The notes under the pieces are model-generated. The model worked only from the letters and a program-made list of their open reading frames with translations, had not been told where the DNA came from and made no database searches. From assembly GCA_963674825.1 (NCBI GenBank), contig OY771587.1:352001-416000 (forward strand): DNA of 64,000 nt, given 5' to 3'. This document shows, one piece after another, positions 9,937 through 18,734 of this stretch. The DNA is from Candidatus Cloacimonadales bacterium (GTDB lineage: Bacteria > Cloacimonadota > Cloacimonadia > Cloacimonadales > JAIOQZ01). Made by a program: the position numbers and the translations under genes. Positions within the stretch are counted from its first letter, which is position 1. Each line of letters opens with the position of its first letter.

Positions 9937-10679
9937 TGAACGGCATCCAAATCGAGAATTTGCGCAAGACCTATCGCGGAGCTGACAAACCGGCTGTCGA
10001 TGGACTTTCGATGCATATCCGCGAAGGTGAAATTTTCGGATTGCTGGGCCCGAACGGAGCAGGCAAGACCACCACTCTTTCCATCCTCGCAGGGCTACTC
10101 AAGCCCACCGGTGGCTCCATCTACTATCAGCGCGGTGATTCTCGCATCGACCTGCATGACATGCATGGAAGAATGGGGGTCGTTCCGCAAAACATAGCCC
10201 TCTACCCCACGCTGACAGCCGTGGAGAACCTTCGTTTCTTCGGTGCGATGTACCGCATCGGAAAAGACGAGATGGAAAAGCAAATCAATCATCATCTGAA
10301 GCTATTTGGTCTAGATCAGCATTCCGGCAAGCAAGTCAAAGCCTTCTCCGGAGGCATGAAACGCCGACTCAACCTCATCGCCGGATTACTCCACCAGCCG
10401 GACATCCTGCTGTTGGACGAGCCCACCGCCGGGGTCGACGTGCAGTCCCGAAATGTCATCCTCGATTTCCTGCAAAAACTCAAGGGATGCGGCGCGACGA
10501 TCGTCTATACATCGCATTACCTCGACGAGGCACAAAAGATTTGCGATCACATCAACATTGTCGATCAGGGTCGTACAATCTCATCCGGATCCCCGCAACA
10601 CCTCATGTGCAAGGAACCCGATTGCAGCGACCTGTACGACCTCTTCCTCAAGCTCACCGGCAAGGAACTTAGAGATTGA
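9933..10679 (+). CDS. ABC transporter ATP-binding protein
   Basis: Walker A GPNGAGKTT, signature FSGGMKRR, Walker B LLLDEP. Confidence 0.95.
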   Translation: MMNGIQIENLRKTYRGADKPAVDGLSMHIREGEIFGLLGPNGAGKTTTLSILAGLLKPTGGSIYYQRGDSRIDLHDMHGRMGVVPQNIALYPTLTAVENLRFFGAMYRIGKDEMEKQINHHLKLFGLDQHSGKQVKAFSGGMKRRLNLIAGLLHQPDILLLDEPTAGVDVQSRNVILDFLQKLKGCGATIVYTSHYLDEAQKICDHINIVDQGRTISSGSPQHLMCKEPDCSDLYDLFLKLTGKELRD

Positions 10680-10680
10680 T

Positions 10681-11913
10681 ATGAGACTGATCGAATCGAC
10701 CCGCAAAGAGCTCCTGATCCTCCTTCGCGATCCCGTGGGACTTCTGGTCATTTTCGTGATGCCTCTGTTGTTCCTGCTTGTGATCACCCTGCTGCAAGAC
10801 AACACCCTGAAATCGTTCCGCGAAACCCGTTTCGACGCCGCCATCATCAACCTCGATTCACCCGAAATGGGCAAACGTATCGACGACGCGATGCGCAATT
10901 CGCACTACTTCGAGATCGACGAACAGCACGGCCTGGATTCTGAAGCGAAGCTGCGCGAGGCGGTCATGGATGGCCAATACGAAGTGGGAATCGTGATCCC
11001 GAGCGGCTTCGAACAAGCCATCCGACGTCGCACCGAATCGATCTTCCAGCCTTCGGACAGCCTCGCTACCATACCAGAAATCCAGATTATCATCGATCCC
11101 ATGATCTGGACATCGTTCAAGCATGTGATCGAGCTTTCAATCGACCGATTGATCATGGAAATCGAGCGCGAATCGATGTTCGAATCTTCCAGGGACATCA
11201 TCCGGCAAGTTGCGCCGGACGCGGAGATCAAGCTCCCCAATCCCGTACCGCTCTACCACATCGGGCACGCTTCCGCCAATCCCGATCTTCCGCCCAATTC
11301 AAACCAGCAGAACGTCCCGGCCTGGACGCTCTTCGCCATGTTCTTCATCGCGCTTCCGCTGGCGGGTAACTTCATCCGAGAACGCACCGACGGCTGTTTC
11401 CAGCGGCTTCTGACCATTCCCGGAAGCATGGCGAGCTATCTCGGCGGTAAGTTCGTTGTCTATATGACCGTCTGCGTGATTCAATTCGTGCTCATGATGC
11501 TCATCGGACTCTATCTGCTGCCGGTTCTTGGCGCTGGATCGATCAGCCTGGGGAGCCATCCCATCGCTCTGGTCGTCACAATCCTTTCCGCAGCCGCGGC
11601 CGCGACAGGATTCGGCGTGCTGATCGGCGTATTCGCCAAAACCTTCGAGCAGGCGTCGCTGACAGGGGCATTTTCAGTGGTGATCCTTTCTGCGATCGGC
11701 GGCGTTATCGTGCCAGTCTATGCCATGCCCGATTTCTTCCGTAGAATAGCATTCTTGTCGCCGTTGAACTGGGCGCAGGAATCTTTCCTGGCGATCTTCG
11801 TGCGGGATGCTGACATTAACACATTACTACCCAACCTTATCCCACTCTGGGGGTTCTTCCTGGCTATATTCGCAGTCTCGCTTATGAAGCTGCGCAATAC
11901 GTTAAATGATTGA
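10681..11913 (+). CDS. ABC-2 type transporter permease
   Basis: Real start is the ATG at 10681 right after the ATPase stop; KELLILLRD, QQNVPAWTLFAMFF, six TM segments, SPLNWA. Confidence 0.9.
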   Translation: MRLIESTRKELLILLRDPVGLLVIFVMPLLFLLVITLLQDNTLKSFRETRFDAAIINLDSPEMGKRIDDAMRNSHYFEIDEQHGLDSEAKLREAVMDGQYEVGIVIPSGFEQAIRRRTESIFQPSDSLATIPEIQIIIDPMIWTSFKHVIELSIDRLIMEIERESMFESSRDIIRQVAPDAEIKLPNPVPLYHIGHASANPDLPPNSNQQNVPAWTLFAMFFIALPLAGNFIRERTDGCFQRLLTIPGSMASYLGGKFVVYMTVCVIQFVLMMLIGLYLLPVLGAGSISLGSHPIALVVTILSAAAAATGFGVLIGVFAKTFEQASLTGAFSVVILSAIGGVIVPVYAMPDFFRRIAFLSPLNWAQESFLAIFVRDADINTLLPNLIPLWGFFLAIFAVSLMKLRNTLND

Positions 11914-11955
11914 CGAAGTTTTATCCTTCTCCATGATTGGATATTGGAGTTAAAT

Positions 11956-12228
11956 ATGAACAAAGACACCCTGAATTCAGAATTGAAAGAAATGATCGTC
12001 GATGTATGTAACCTGCAAGAAGTGGGTATCGACGCCAGTGAGATTGATGACGACGCAATCCTGATCGATCCAAATGGCGATATCGGGCTAGATTCGCTGG
12101 ACGCGGTTGAGATCGTTGCTGCGGTTGAGAAGCAGTACGGTGTGCGGATATCCAACACCAATACATCCCTGAAGGTCCTGCAATCGATCAACACCCTGTC
12201 GGATTACATCATCGCGGAGAAGAAATAG
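11956..12228 (+). CDS. Acyl carrier protein
   Basis: Acidic 90-aa protein with phosphopantetheine site GLDSLDAVEI; SD GGAG at 11946-11949. Confidence 0.9.
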   Translation: MNKDTLNSELKEMIVDVCNLQEVGIDASEIDDDAILIDPNGDIGLDSLDAVEIVAAVEKQYGVRISNTNTSLKVLQSINTLSDYIIAEKK

Positions 12229-12279
12229 CAGTATCGCGATTTCCTGCGAAGCCAAACGTTTATGAGATGTAACCGCGGT

Positions 12280-13137
12280 ATGAAAGCGATTGTCGTTGTC
12301 TTGCTACTATGCATGACAGGCATCGTTCATGCCACATCGAAGGAGACATGCACGGGAACCATGATACTCGACGACGCAACCATATACTACGAAACCTACG
12401 GTGAAGGCTCTCCATTGCTGCTAATCGCCGGTCTCGCCTCCGATTCGCAGAGCTGGATGTCCATTGTCAAACCTCTCGCAGAAAATCACCGGGTAATCGT
12501 TTACGACAACCGCACCACCGGACGCACCACCACTACAGAGGATAAGCTCACGCTTGAGATGATGGTAAACGACGCTGTGAATCTTCTCGATCACCTCGGT
12601 ATCGAGAAGGCAGATGTCGTGGGGCACTCCATGGGGGGATCTATTGCTCTGATGCTGGCATCATCGCATCCGGAGCGAGTAAGCAGACTGATCATTGCCG
12701 CATCGCCGCTGAAAATCTCAGAACGAAACCGGCTCATGATGAACGATTTCGTTACCATGCCAAACTACGGCTCTGCCGAGTGGTTCCGTAAGCTCTTCTA
12801 CTGGCTTCTTACGCCTGAATTCTTCGATAATCCTTACGTTGTCGCCTCCGCTCTGGAAACCGCCTCAGGCTATCGTTACCTGCAATCGCTGGAAGGCTTC
12901 CGCAAGCAGGTACAATCGATGGATTACTTTGACGCGACCGAACTTTGTACACACATCAAAGCTCCCACTCTGGTCATCGCCGGTGAGAAAGATATCATCT
13001 TCACTATCGATGAATGCAGAAGGTTGTCCAAGGCCATTGAAGGTGCCAAACTGGAAATCATTCAGGGAGCCGCACACTCGATTCATTCTGAAAAGCCGCT
13101 GGAATTTATCCAGTCGATCGAATCCTTCCTCCGCTGA
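12280..13137 (+). CDS. Alpha/beta-fold hydrolase with signal peptide
   Basis: GHSMGG nucleophile elbow; GEKD (Asp) and AAHSIH (His); N-terminal MKAIVVVLLLC. Confidence 0.88.
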   Translation: MKAIVVVLLLCMTGIVHATSKETCTGTMILDDATIYYETYGEGSPLLLIAGLASDSQSWMSIVKPLAENHRVIVYDNRTTGRTTTTEDKLTLEMMVNDAVNLLDHLGIEKADVVGHSMGGSIALMLASSHPERVSRLIIAASPLKISERNRLMMNDFVTMPNYGSAEWFRKLFYWLLTPEFFDNPYVVASALETASGYRYLQSLEGFRKQVQSMDYFDATELCTHIKAPTLVIAGEKDIIFTIDECRRLSKAIEGAKLEIIQGAAHSIHSEKPLEFIQSIESFLR

Positions 13138-13280
13138 GTAGTGTTCATATAAGCACAGAATCATCGTAAAACCGGACACCTGTATCACGATTCGCGCTGA
13201 TATCCCTCCATTTGAGTCCATTTCGTTAGGCACCGTTCTTGCAAGTAGTACCATTGAACAGTATCAACATAGGAGGAATG

Positions 13281-14936
13281 ATGACTCGTGGATTCTTGAT
13301 TCTCATTCTTGTGACGGCATCCATCATGTTGTGCGCCCAGACGCGCATCGATACACTGGCAACCCTGAACAGCTACAATGTCCTTGGGGAGTTCGCAACC
13401 CTCGATTACCAGGGCGATTACGAGGAAATGCTTCAATACCTCAATACCATTTACACCAGCGGTAGCGAACCATATCCACAGGATTTCAATTGCAGCCTCT
13501 ATTCCGCTATCGGCGATGCAAACAACCTCTTCTATGGCCGGAATATGGATAATCCGGCACAAGATGTCATGGTTGCACGCTACACACCACCGAACGGCTA
13601 CAGGAACATCGCACTGAATCGACTTTCCGATCTGGGAATTCCCTCAGGCACCGATCTTACTTCCCTCACCAGCGCTCAAAAAAGACTGCTCCTCAAAGCG
13701 CCCTATTTCACGGCGGACGGACTGAATGAAGCCGGACTTGCTGCCGGCTTGGCTTATGTACCAACCGTTACCTACGTACCGGACCCTGACAAGCAGACGA
13801 TCTACATCACGATGCTCACAAGGCGCATCCTGGACGAGGCCGCAACCTGCCAGCAAGCGCTCGATATCGCCAACAGCTATAACGTGATCGACATGGCCTA
13901 CAACGCAGTTTCGCACCATTTGCTCATTACAGACGCGACCGGTGAATCGGTCATCCTCGAGTTTGTGGTGGATCGGTTCGTCGCCATACCCACCGATGTG
14001 GACTGGCAGGTTCTGACCAACACGGCTATTTACGGACACAATCTAGAGTACCTTTACAGCCACTGTGATCGCTATCCGCTACTGTATGAAGCGCTGGAAG
14101 ACCAGGCCGGAATCCTGACCGGATGGCGCAACGCAATGGATATTCTCTCTCTCACCACCTGGCAAGCAGGATCCCAAGGAACGCAGTGGTCTACCATCGC
14201 ACAGCTGAACGATGCACAGCTTTACATCTCGATCGACCGCGATTTCGATAATATTGCCCGTGTGGATGTCGATAACTTCGAGTTCTTAAATTTCGGTGAC
14301 CTCTACCTGAATCCAATCCTGGTAGATAACGATTACAATGGGCTGTACGAACAGGGAGAAACCATCATGCTCTACCTGGCTGTGTCGGCAGATTTCCCCA
14401 CTCCAGACCTCAGTGTTACGATCGCTGATCCCGAAGGCCTATTGGTCATGACCACAACCGAATATATTTTCGGTGATCTGATCCCTGGTATCGAAATGAT
14501 GAACTCCGAGAGCCCATTCTACTTCACAATCCCAACATACTTTCCGCTCGGAGATGCCACCATCGATGCCAGCTTCACCACAAGCTACGGTCGTACATTC
14601 GAGTACTCTTTCGACTTTGAAGTGGTTGAACCGATATCAACGGATGATGTGACAACCGTGCCACAATTCGAGCTTGATAACAGCCCGAATCCTTTCAACC
14701 CCGAGACGGTGATACACTACGCTATCCCGGAACAAGCGATGACCAGCTTGAAAATCTACAACACGCGCGGCCAGCTGGTTCGCACACTGGTCAGCGATAT
14801 TCAATCGGAAGGGAAGCACGAGATGGTCTGGGACGGAAGGGATCAACAAAGTAAGCCGCTCGCCAGCGGAGTCTATTTCTATCGCCTTGAGTCCGGAAAA
14901 CACACTCTCACCCGAAAACTGATGATGCTGAAATAG
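13281..14936 (+). CDS. Secreted Ntn hydrolase (choloylglycine hydrolase/C45-like) with C-terminal FlgD-Ig-like sorting domain
   Basis: FNCSLY (Cys nucleophile), YGRNMD, DGLNEAGL and HLLITD motifs; C-terminal NSPNPFNPET...IYNTRGQLV...SGVYFYRL; SD AGGAGG. Confidence 0.8.
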   Translation: MTRGFLILILVTASIMLCAQTRIDTLATLNSYNVLGEFATLDYQGDYEEMLQYLNTIYTSGSEPYPQDFNCSLYSAIGDANNLFYGRNMDNPAQDVMVARYTPPNGYRNIALNRLSDLGIPSGTDLTSLTSAQKRLLLKAPYFTADGLNEAGLAAGLAYVPTVTYVPDPDKQTIYITMLTRRILDEAATCQQALDIANSYNVIDMAYNAVSHHLLITDATGESVILEFVVDRFVAIPTDVDWQVLTNTAIYGHNLEYLYSHCDRYPLLYEALEDQAGILTGWRNAMDILSLTTWQAGSQGTQWSTIAQLNDAQLYISIDRDFDNIARVDVDNFEFLNFGDLYLNPILVDNDYNGLYEQGETIMLYLAVSADFPTPDLSVTIADPEGLLVMTTTEYIFGDLIPGIEMMNSESPFYFTIPTYFPLGDATIDASFTTSYGRTFEYSFDFEVVEPISTDDVTTVPQFELDNSPNPFNPETVIHYAIPEQAMTSLKIYNTRGQLVRTLVSDIQSEGKHEMVWDGRDQQSKPLASGVYFYRLESGKHTLTRKLMMLK

Positions 14937-15001
14937 TGACATGAAGTCACAGGATTATACGACAAATGGGCTAATTACGTAAACCCGGTGTTTATATAAC
15001 C

Positions 15002-15248
15002 AGCTGTAGGGGCAGACCACTGTGTCTGCCCTTCTCTCTTTCCTGGGAACGCGGACGTCCGCGTCCGCATTGGTTTTCAGATTCCCTGAAATCATCTTCT
15101 GAATGTGGCGAACGAAGTGAGGCTCTTCCGAATGTTGATTTCATGGGAAGTGGATGATAGAAGAAGAGCGGGGAGTAGAGATGCAGAGCTGGAGCTCTGC
15201 GTACCCAGGGGGGAGCTGTAGGGGCAGACCACTGTGTCTGCCCTTCTC
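15002..15248. repeat. Composite REP cluster (BIME/REPIN-like)
   Basis: Exact 35-bp direct repeat AGCTGTAGGGGCAGACCACTGTGTCTGCCCTTCTC at 15002-15036 and 15214-15248; encloses inverted CCTGGG-led hairpins at 15042-15070 and 15181-15209. Confidence 0.8.
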
Positions 15249-15281
15249 CTATGGCATGTTGGTCGGTGCAGAAAATTTTTA

Positions 15282-15310
15282 TTGACAGCTTTTTAGATCC
15301 AATATAGGGT
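15282..15310 (+). promoter_or_regulatory. Sigma70-type promoter
   Basis: TTGACA-17bp-TAGGGT. Confidence 0.5.
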
Positions 15311-15402
15311 TTGGTTAGCATGGACGCATGCTGGCTATTCTGGCACTCCCAATTCACGAGTCGAACCGCTTGATATCAACCTAATAACTACAGGAGATTA
15401 CA

Positions 15403-15735
15403 ATGGTAAGTATCAGCGAAACTGCTCGTATGTCGGCCAATCTTTCCATGGCCATCGGTGAAGCGCAAGCATCCAGCATGGGAATCAACGATTCCGCTTC
15501 AGCTCAGGGACTCGCGGTAACAAATATGATGGATTCTTCCAACGGAAATGCTTATAACCTCAGCATCGGTAACAACGCACAATTCCAGACTTACAATGCA
15601 AAAGGTCAGCTCGGAGCTGATGTAGTCAATTCAACCTTGAACACAATGAATTCCGGGCAATTCCGGCGCGGTGGATCGCAGCAGGCGAGTTATCAATTCA
15701 CGAAAGGCGTGCTGGGCGGGTATTACGGAGGTTGA
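15403..15735 (+). CDS. Small hypothetical protein rich in Ser/Asn/Gly
   Basis: 110-aa ORF with SD CAGGAG and an upstream promoter. Confidence 0.7.
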   Translation: MVSISETARMSANLSMAIGEAQASSMGINDSASAQGLAVTNMMDSSNGNAYNLSIGNNAQFQTYNAKGQLGADVVNSTLNTMNSGQFRRGGSQQASYQFTKGVLGGYYGG

Positions 15736-15924
15736 TTAGAGGGCGAGGCTGATCAGTAGAAGGACTGTCACGATAAACGGAATCGCAACAAGCTGCATAA
15801 CGCAACCGGACTTGTTATTTGTCCTGAAATCACGATCACGAAGATTGTGCATGCGTCGCCGCATCTCGTAAAAATCTTCACGATCTTCGTGTTCTGTATC
15901 TTGATGTTTTTGTTCGTCTGACAC
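15736..15924 (-). CDS. Small hypothetical protein with C-terminal transmembrane helix
   Basis: Probable GTG start at 15924 with GGAAGGAA upstream; charged N-terminus then GCVMQLVAIPFIVTVLLLISLAL. Confidence 0.5.
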   Translation of the reverse strand: MSDEQKHQDTEHEDREDFYEMRRRMHNLRDRDFRTNNKSGCVMQLVAIPFIVTVLLLISLAL

Positions 15925-16189
15925 GTGATTGTTCCTTCCATTTCTGAAATCACCCGAAGTCATGAACCATTCCCAAGGCATTGCAGAAAACAGAGAAATT
16001 AACCGAAAGCACTGATTTCGGGAGTTAAATACAAAAACACCATAATCCATCATCCTGTCAAGCCTCGAATATTTTTTCTTTGCCTGGATTTCAATAAATC
16101 CATGCAGGAATGCAGGATAATTTTCAATCAATACACAATAATGAGCAATATTCATTTTATGATATTCCGACGTTTTCCCCAGCCGGGAT

Positions 16190-16216
16190 ATAGCAGTCAT
16201 GATGCATGAGTGCTAA
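16190..16216 (+). promoter_or_regulatory. CIRCE element (HrcA operator)
   Basis: ATAGCAGTC-N9-GAGTGCTAA versus consensus TTAGCACTC-N9-GAGTGCTAA; directly upstream of htpG. Confidence 0.85.
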
Positions 16217-16222
16217 TTTTGA

Positions 16223-16251
16223 TTGACAACTTTCACCCCTCGCTTTATTTT
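16223..16251 (+). promoter_or_regulatory. Sigma70-type promoter of htpG
   Basis: TTGACA-17bp-TATTTT, 6 bp downstream of CIRCE. Confidence 0.6.
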
Positions 16252-16283
16252 ATCGCAAAAATCAAATACAGTGAGGTAGTATT

Positions 16284-18152
16284 ATGGCTGAAGAAACTCA
16301 TGAAACCAAAGATGACCTGAAAAAAGGCTCCCTCAAAATACATAGCGAAAACATCTTCCCCATCATCAAGAAATGGCTCTATTCAGAGCATGATATCTTT
16401 GTCAGGGAGCTTGTATCCAACGCGACCGATGCTCTCAGCAAGCGTAAAGCGTTAGAACCGGAGATCGACGAAGAGACATTCCGCGTCGAGATCAAGATTG
16501 ACAAGAAAGAACGCCGTATCGATTTCATTGACTACGGTATCGGTATGGACGCGACCGAAGTGAAAAAGTATATCAATCAGATTGCTTTTTCCGGCGCTGA
16601 GGAATTCATCGAGAAATTCAAGGACAAACAGTCCAACATCATCGGCCATTTCGGACTCGGCTTCTATTCCGCCTTCATGGTAGCGGAAAAGGTAACCATT
16701 GATACCCTCTCCTACAAGAAGAACGCCAAACCAGCCTTCTGGGAATGCGATGGCTCAACCGAGTACGCAATGGGACCCGGTACACGCGAGGAAGTGGGAA
16801 CAACCGTTTCTATCTATCTGAACAAGGATAACGACGAGTACCTCGAAGAAAGCAAATTGCAAGGTATTCTGGAGCGATTCTGTAACTTCATGCCCTTCCC
16901 CATCAAACTCGGAGACAACGACATCAACCTTCAGGAAGCGCTCTGGCTGCGCAATCCTTCCGATGTCAAGGAAGAGGAATACAAGGAATTCTACAAGAAG
17001 ATGTTCCACGACTTCGAGGATCCACTCTTCTGGATTCACCTCAATGTCGATTACCCATTCAATCTCAAGGGCATCCTCTTCTTCCCGAAGATCCGCAATG
17101 AACTGGATATCAATCGAGGCGAAGTGAAACTTTACTGCAACAACGTCTTCGTAGCGGACAATCTCAAGGAGTTCATCCCCGAATTCCTGCTCCTGCTCCG
17201 CGGCGGCATCGACGTCCCGGATATCCCGCTGAACGTCTCACGCAGCTTCCTGCAGCACGATAAACAGGTTAGTAAGATTTCCAAGTACATCGTCAAGAAA
17301 GTCTCGGATCACTTTAAGTCTCTCTTCAAAGAGGACCGGGAGAAATACGAAGAACTCTGGAAAGACATGAATCACTTCGTCAAAGTGGGACTCCTGACAA
17401 ACGAAGACTTCTTCGAGCAACTCAAGGATCTGGTAATCTACAAGACATCCGAAGACCGTTGGGTTACACTCGAGGAGTACAAAGAGAGCAATCAGAAGGA
17501 TCTAAACTTTGTCAAACCACTCGACGAGGAAAAGAGCGAAAACAAGACCTATCGCTACTTCTATTCCCCAGGCGAGAACTCACAGGTCACCTACTTGAAG
17601 ATGATGAAAGAGATGGGCGCGGAAGTTATCTTTACCGATTCACCGCTCGACACACACCTCTTCCAGCGCTTCGAGATGAGCATGCCGTTTACTGGCTTTG
17701 CACGGATCGACTCCGAGCTACTGGACGATGTGGTTGATAGCGAGAAAGCTGAAGTGGTTGACGCGGAAAACAAGACGGAAGCAGAGCGAGTCAAAGACAT
17801 CTTCGATAAAGCGCTGGAGAACAAGCAGATCACGATCGAGCCCAAGCGTCTGAAATCCAGCGAGATCGCGTCGCTGGTCGTTCTCAATGAGCACATGCGC
17901 CGGTTCCAGGAGATGAGCATGCTGATGCCGGGCTCGAAAGCCGACCTTTTAGCGAGCCACAAGCTGGTTGTCAATATCGAGAACCCGACCGTCAAGAAGA
18001 TCATGAAGCTCAATGCACTCGGCAAGGATGGGGACGTCAAACTTCTCTGCACCTATCTGCATCAGCTTGCACTGATCGAGCAGAAACGCTTCGACGGTGA
18101 TGAACTGCGCAGCTTCCTCGACAACGCCAATCAGGTTCTACGCATGCTGTAA
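16284..18152 (+). CDS. htpG: Molecular chaperone HtpG (Hsp90)
   Basis: LYSEHDIFVRELVSNATDA, DYGIGM, IGHFGLGFYSAF and PLNVSRSFLQ motifs. Confidence 0.97.
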   Translation: MAEETHETKDDLKKGSLKIHSENIFPIIKKWLYSEHDIFVRELVSNATDALSKRKALEPEIDEETFRVEIKIDKKERRIDFIDYGIGMDATEVKKYINQIAFSGAEEFIEKFKDKQSNIIGHFGLGFYSAFMVAEKVTIDTLSYKKNAKPAFWECDGSTEYAMGPGTREEVGTTVSIYLNKDNDEYLEESKLQGILERFCNFMPFPIKLGDNDINLQEALWLRNPSDVKEEEYKEFYKKMFHDFEDPLFWIHLNVDYPFNLKGILFFPKIRNELDINRGEVKLYCNNVFVADNLKEFIPEFLLLLRGGIDVPDIPLNVSRSFLQHDKQVSKISKYIVKKVSDHFKSLFKEDREKYEELWKDMNHFVKVGLLTNEDFFEQLKDLVIYKTSEDRWVTLEEYKESNQKDLNFVKPLDEEKSENKTYRYFYSPGENSQVTYLKMMKEMGAEVIFTDSPLDTHLFQRFEMSMPFTGFARIDSELLDDVVDSEKAEVVDAENKTEAERVKDIFDKALENKQITIEPKRLKSSEIASLVVLNEHMRRFQEMSMLMPGSKADLLASHKLVVNIENPTVKKIMKLNALGKDGDVKLLCTYLHQLALIEQKRFDGDELRSFLDNANQVLRML

Positions 18153-18258
18153 AGTTCTGTTGAACACGCAAATGCAAAATCTGCGAAAAAATCATAAAAA
18201 ACGATTGCTTCTTTCGAGGGGCAATCGTATTTTTACACCCAAATTATCTGGAGGAAAT

Positions 18259-18711
18259 ATGCGCAAGATACTTTCGATACTCATTGTTCTCACGATCTTT
18301 GCAGCTCTGTCGGCTCAAGATAAACCAGTTGGCACTCCTCACGCGATCGTAATGAAGCTCTATCATGAAGATGGTGAAACGACGCATAGTGAAATCTCGC
18401 TGAAATTTATCAATGAAGAATACATGGGACCCGGCCTCGGACCGTTCTATATGAATTGGGAAGGAGAGGAAGACACAGCTCTTGGCTCGAAATACGACGC
18501 TCCGACCGGCACGCTTCTCATCCAGCTTGGCGTTCTCAGCGTCAAGGGCGAAGGCCATCACATTCACGTCTGGCTCATCGGCGATGACGGAGCAGAGACC
18601 GAGTTTGTCGTACCAATGGCAGGCGGGGCCGTTACAATCGTCGAAGACTACTATTTCGGTAAAGCGCCCTACAAAGTCAAATCGGATCCGACCAAGAAGT
18701 ACGGCGAATAG
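18259..18711 (+). CDS. Secreted hypothetical protein
   Basis: ATG at 18259 after SD GGAGG; signal peptide MRKILSILIVLTIFAALSA. Confidence 0.75.
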   Translation: MRKILSILIVLTIFAALSAQDKPVGTPHAIVMKLYHEDGETTHSEISLKFINEEYMGPGLGPFYMNWEGEEDTALGSKYDAPTGTLLIQLGVLSVKGEGHHIHVWLIGDDGAETEFVVPMAGGAVTIVEDYYFGKAPYKVKSDPTKKYGE

Positions 18712-18734
18712 CCGTTCATCAGGAGATATACTAC

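Noticed and set aside
10453..10680. Extended N-termini in the ORF track (10453, 13239, 18097, 29980, 38988, 40851, 60901)
   Set aside because: They overlap neighbouring genes or promoters, and downstream ATGs fit SD sequences, signal peptides or family N-termini better.
15002..15248. 35-bp palindromic direct repeats as a CRISPR array
   Set aside because: There are only two copies, the 177-bp interval is far longer than a spacer, no cas genes are present, and the GTAG-hairpin form fits REP elements.
15403..15735. Calling this gene flagellin
   Set aside because: It is only 110 aa, the resemblance covers about 20 residues, and there is no conserved flagellin C-terminus.
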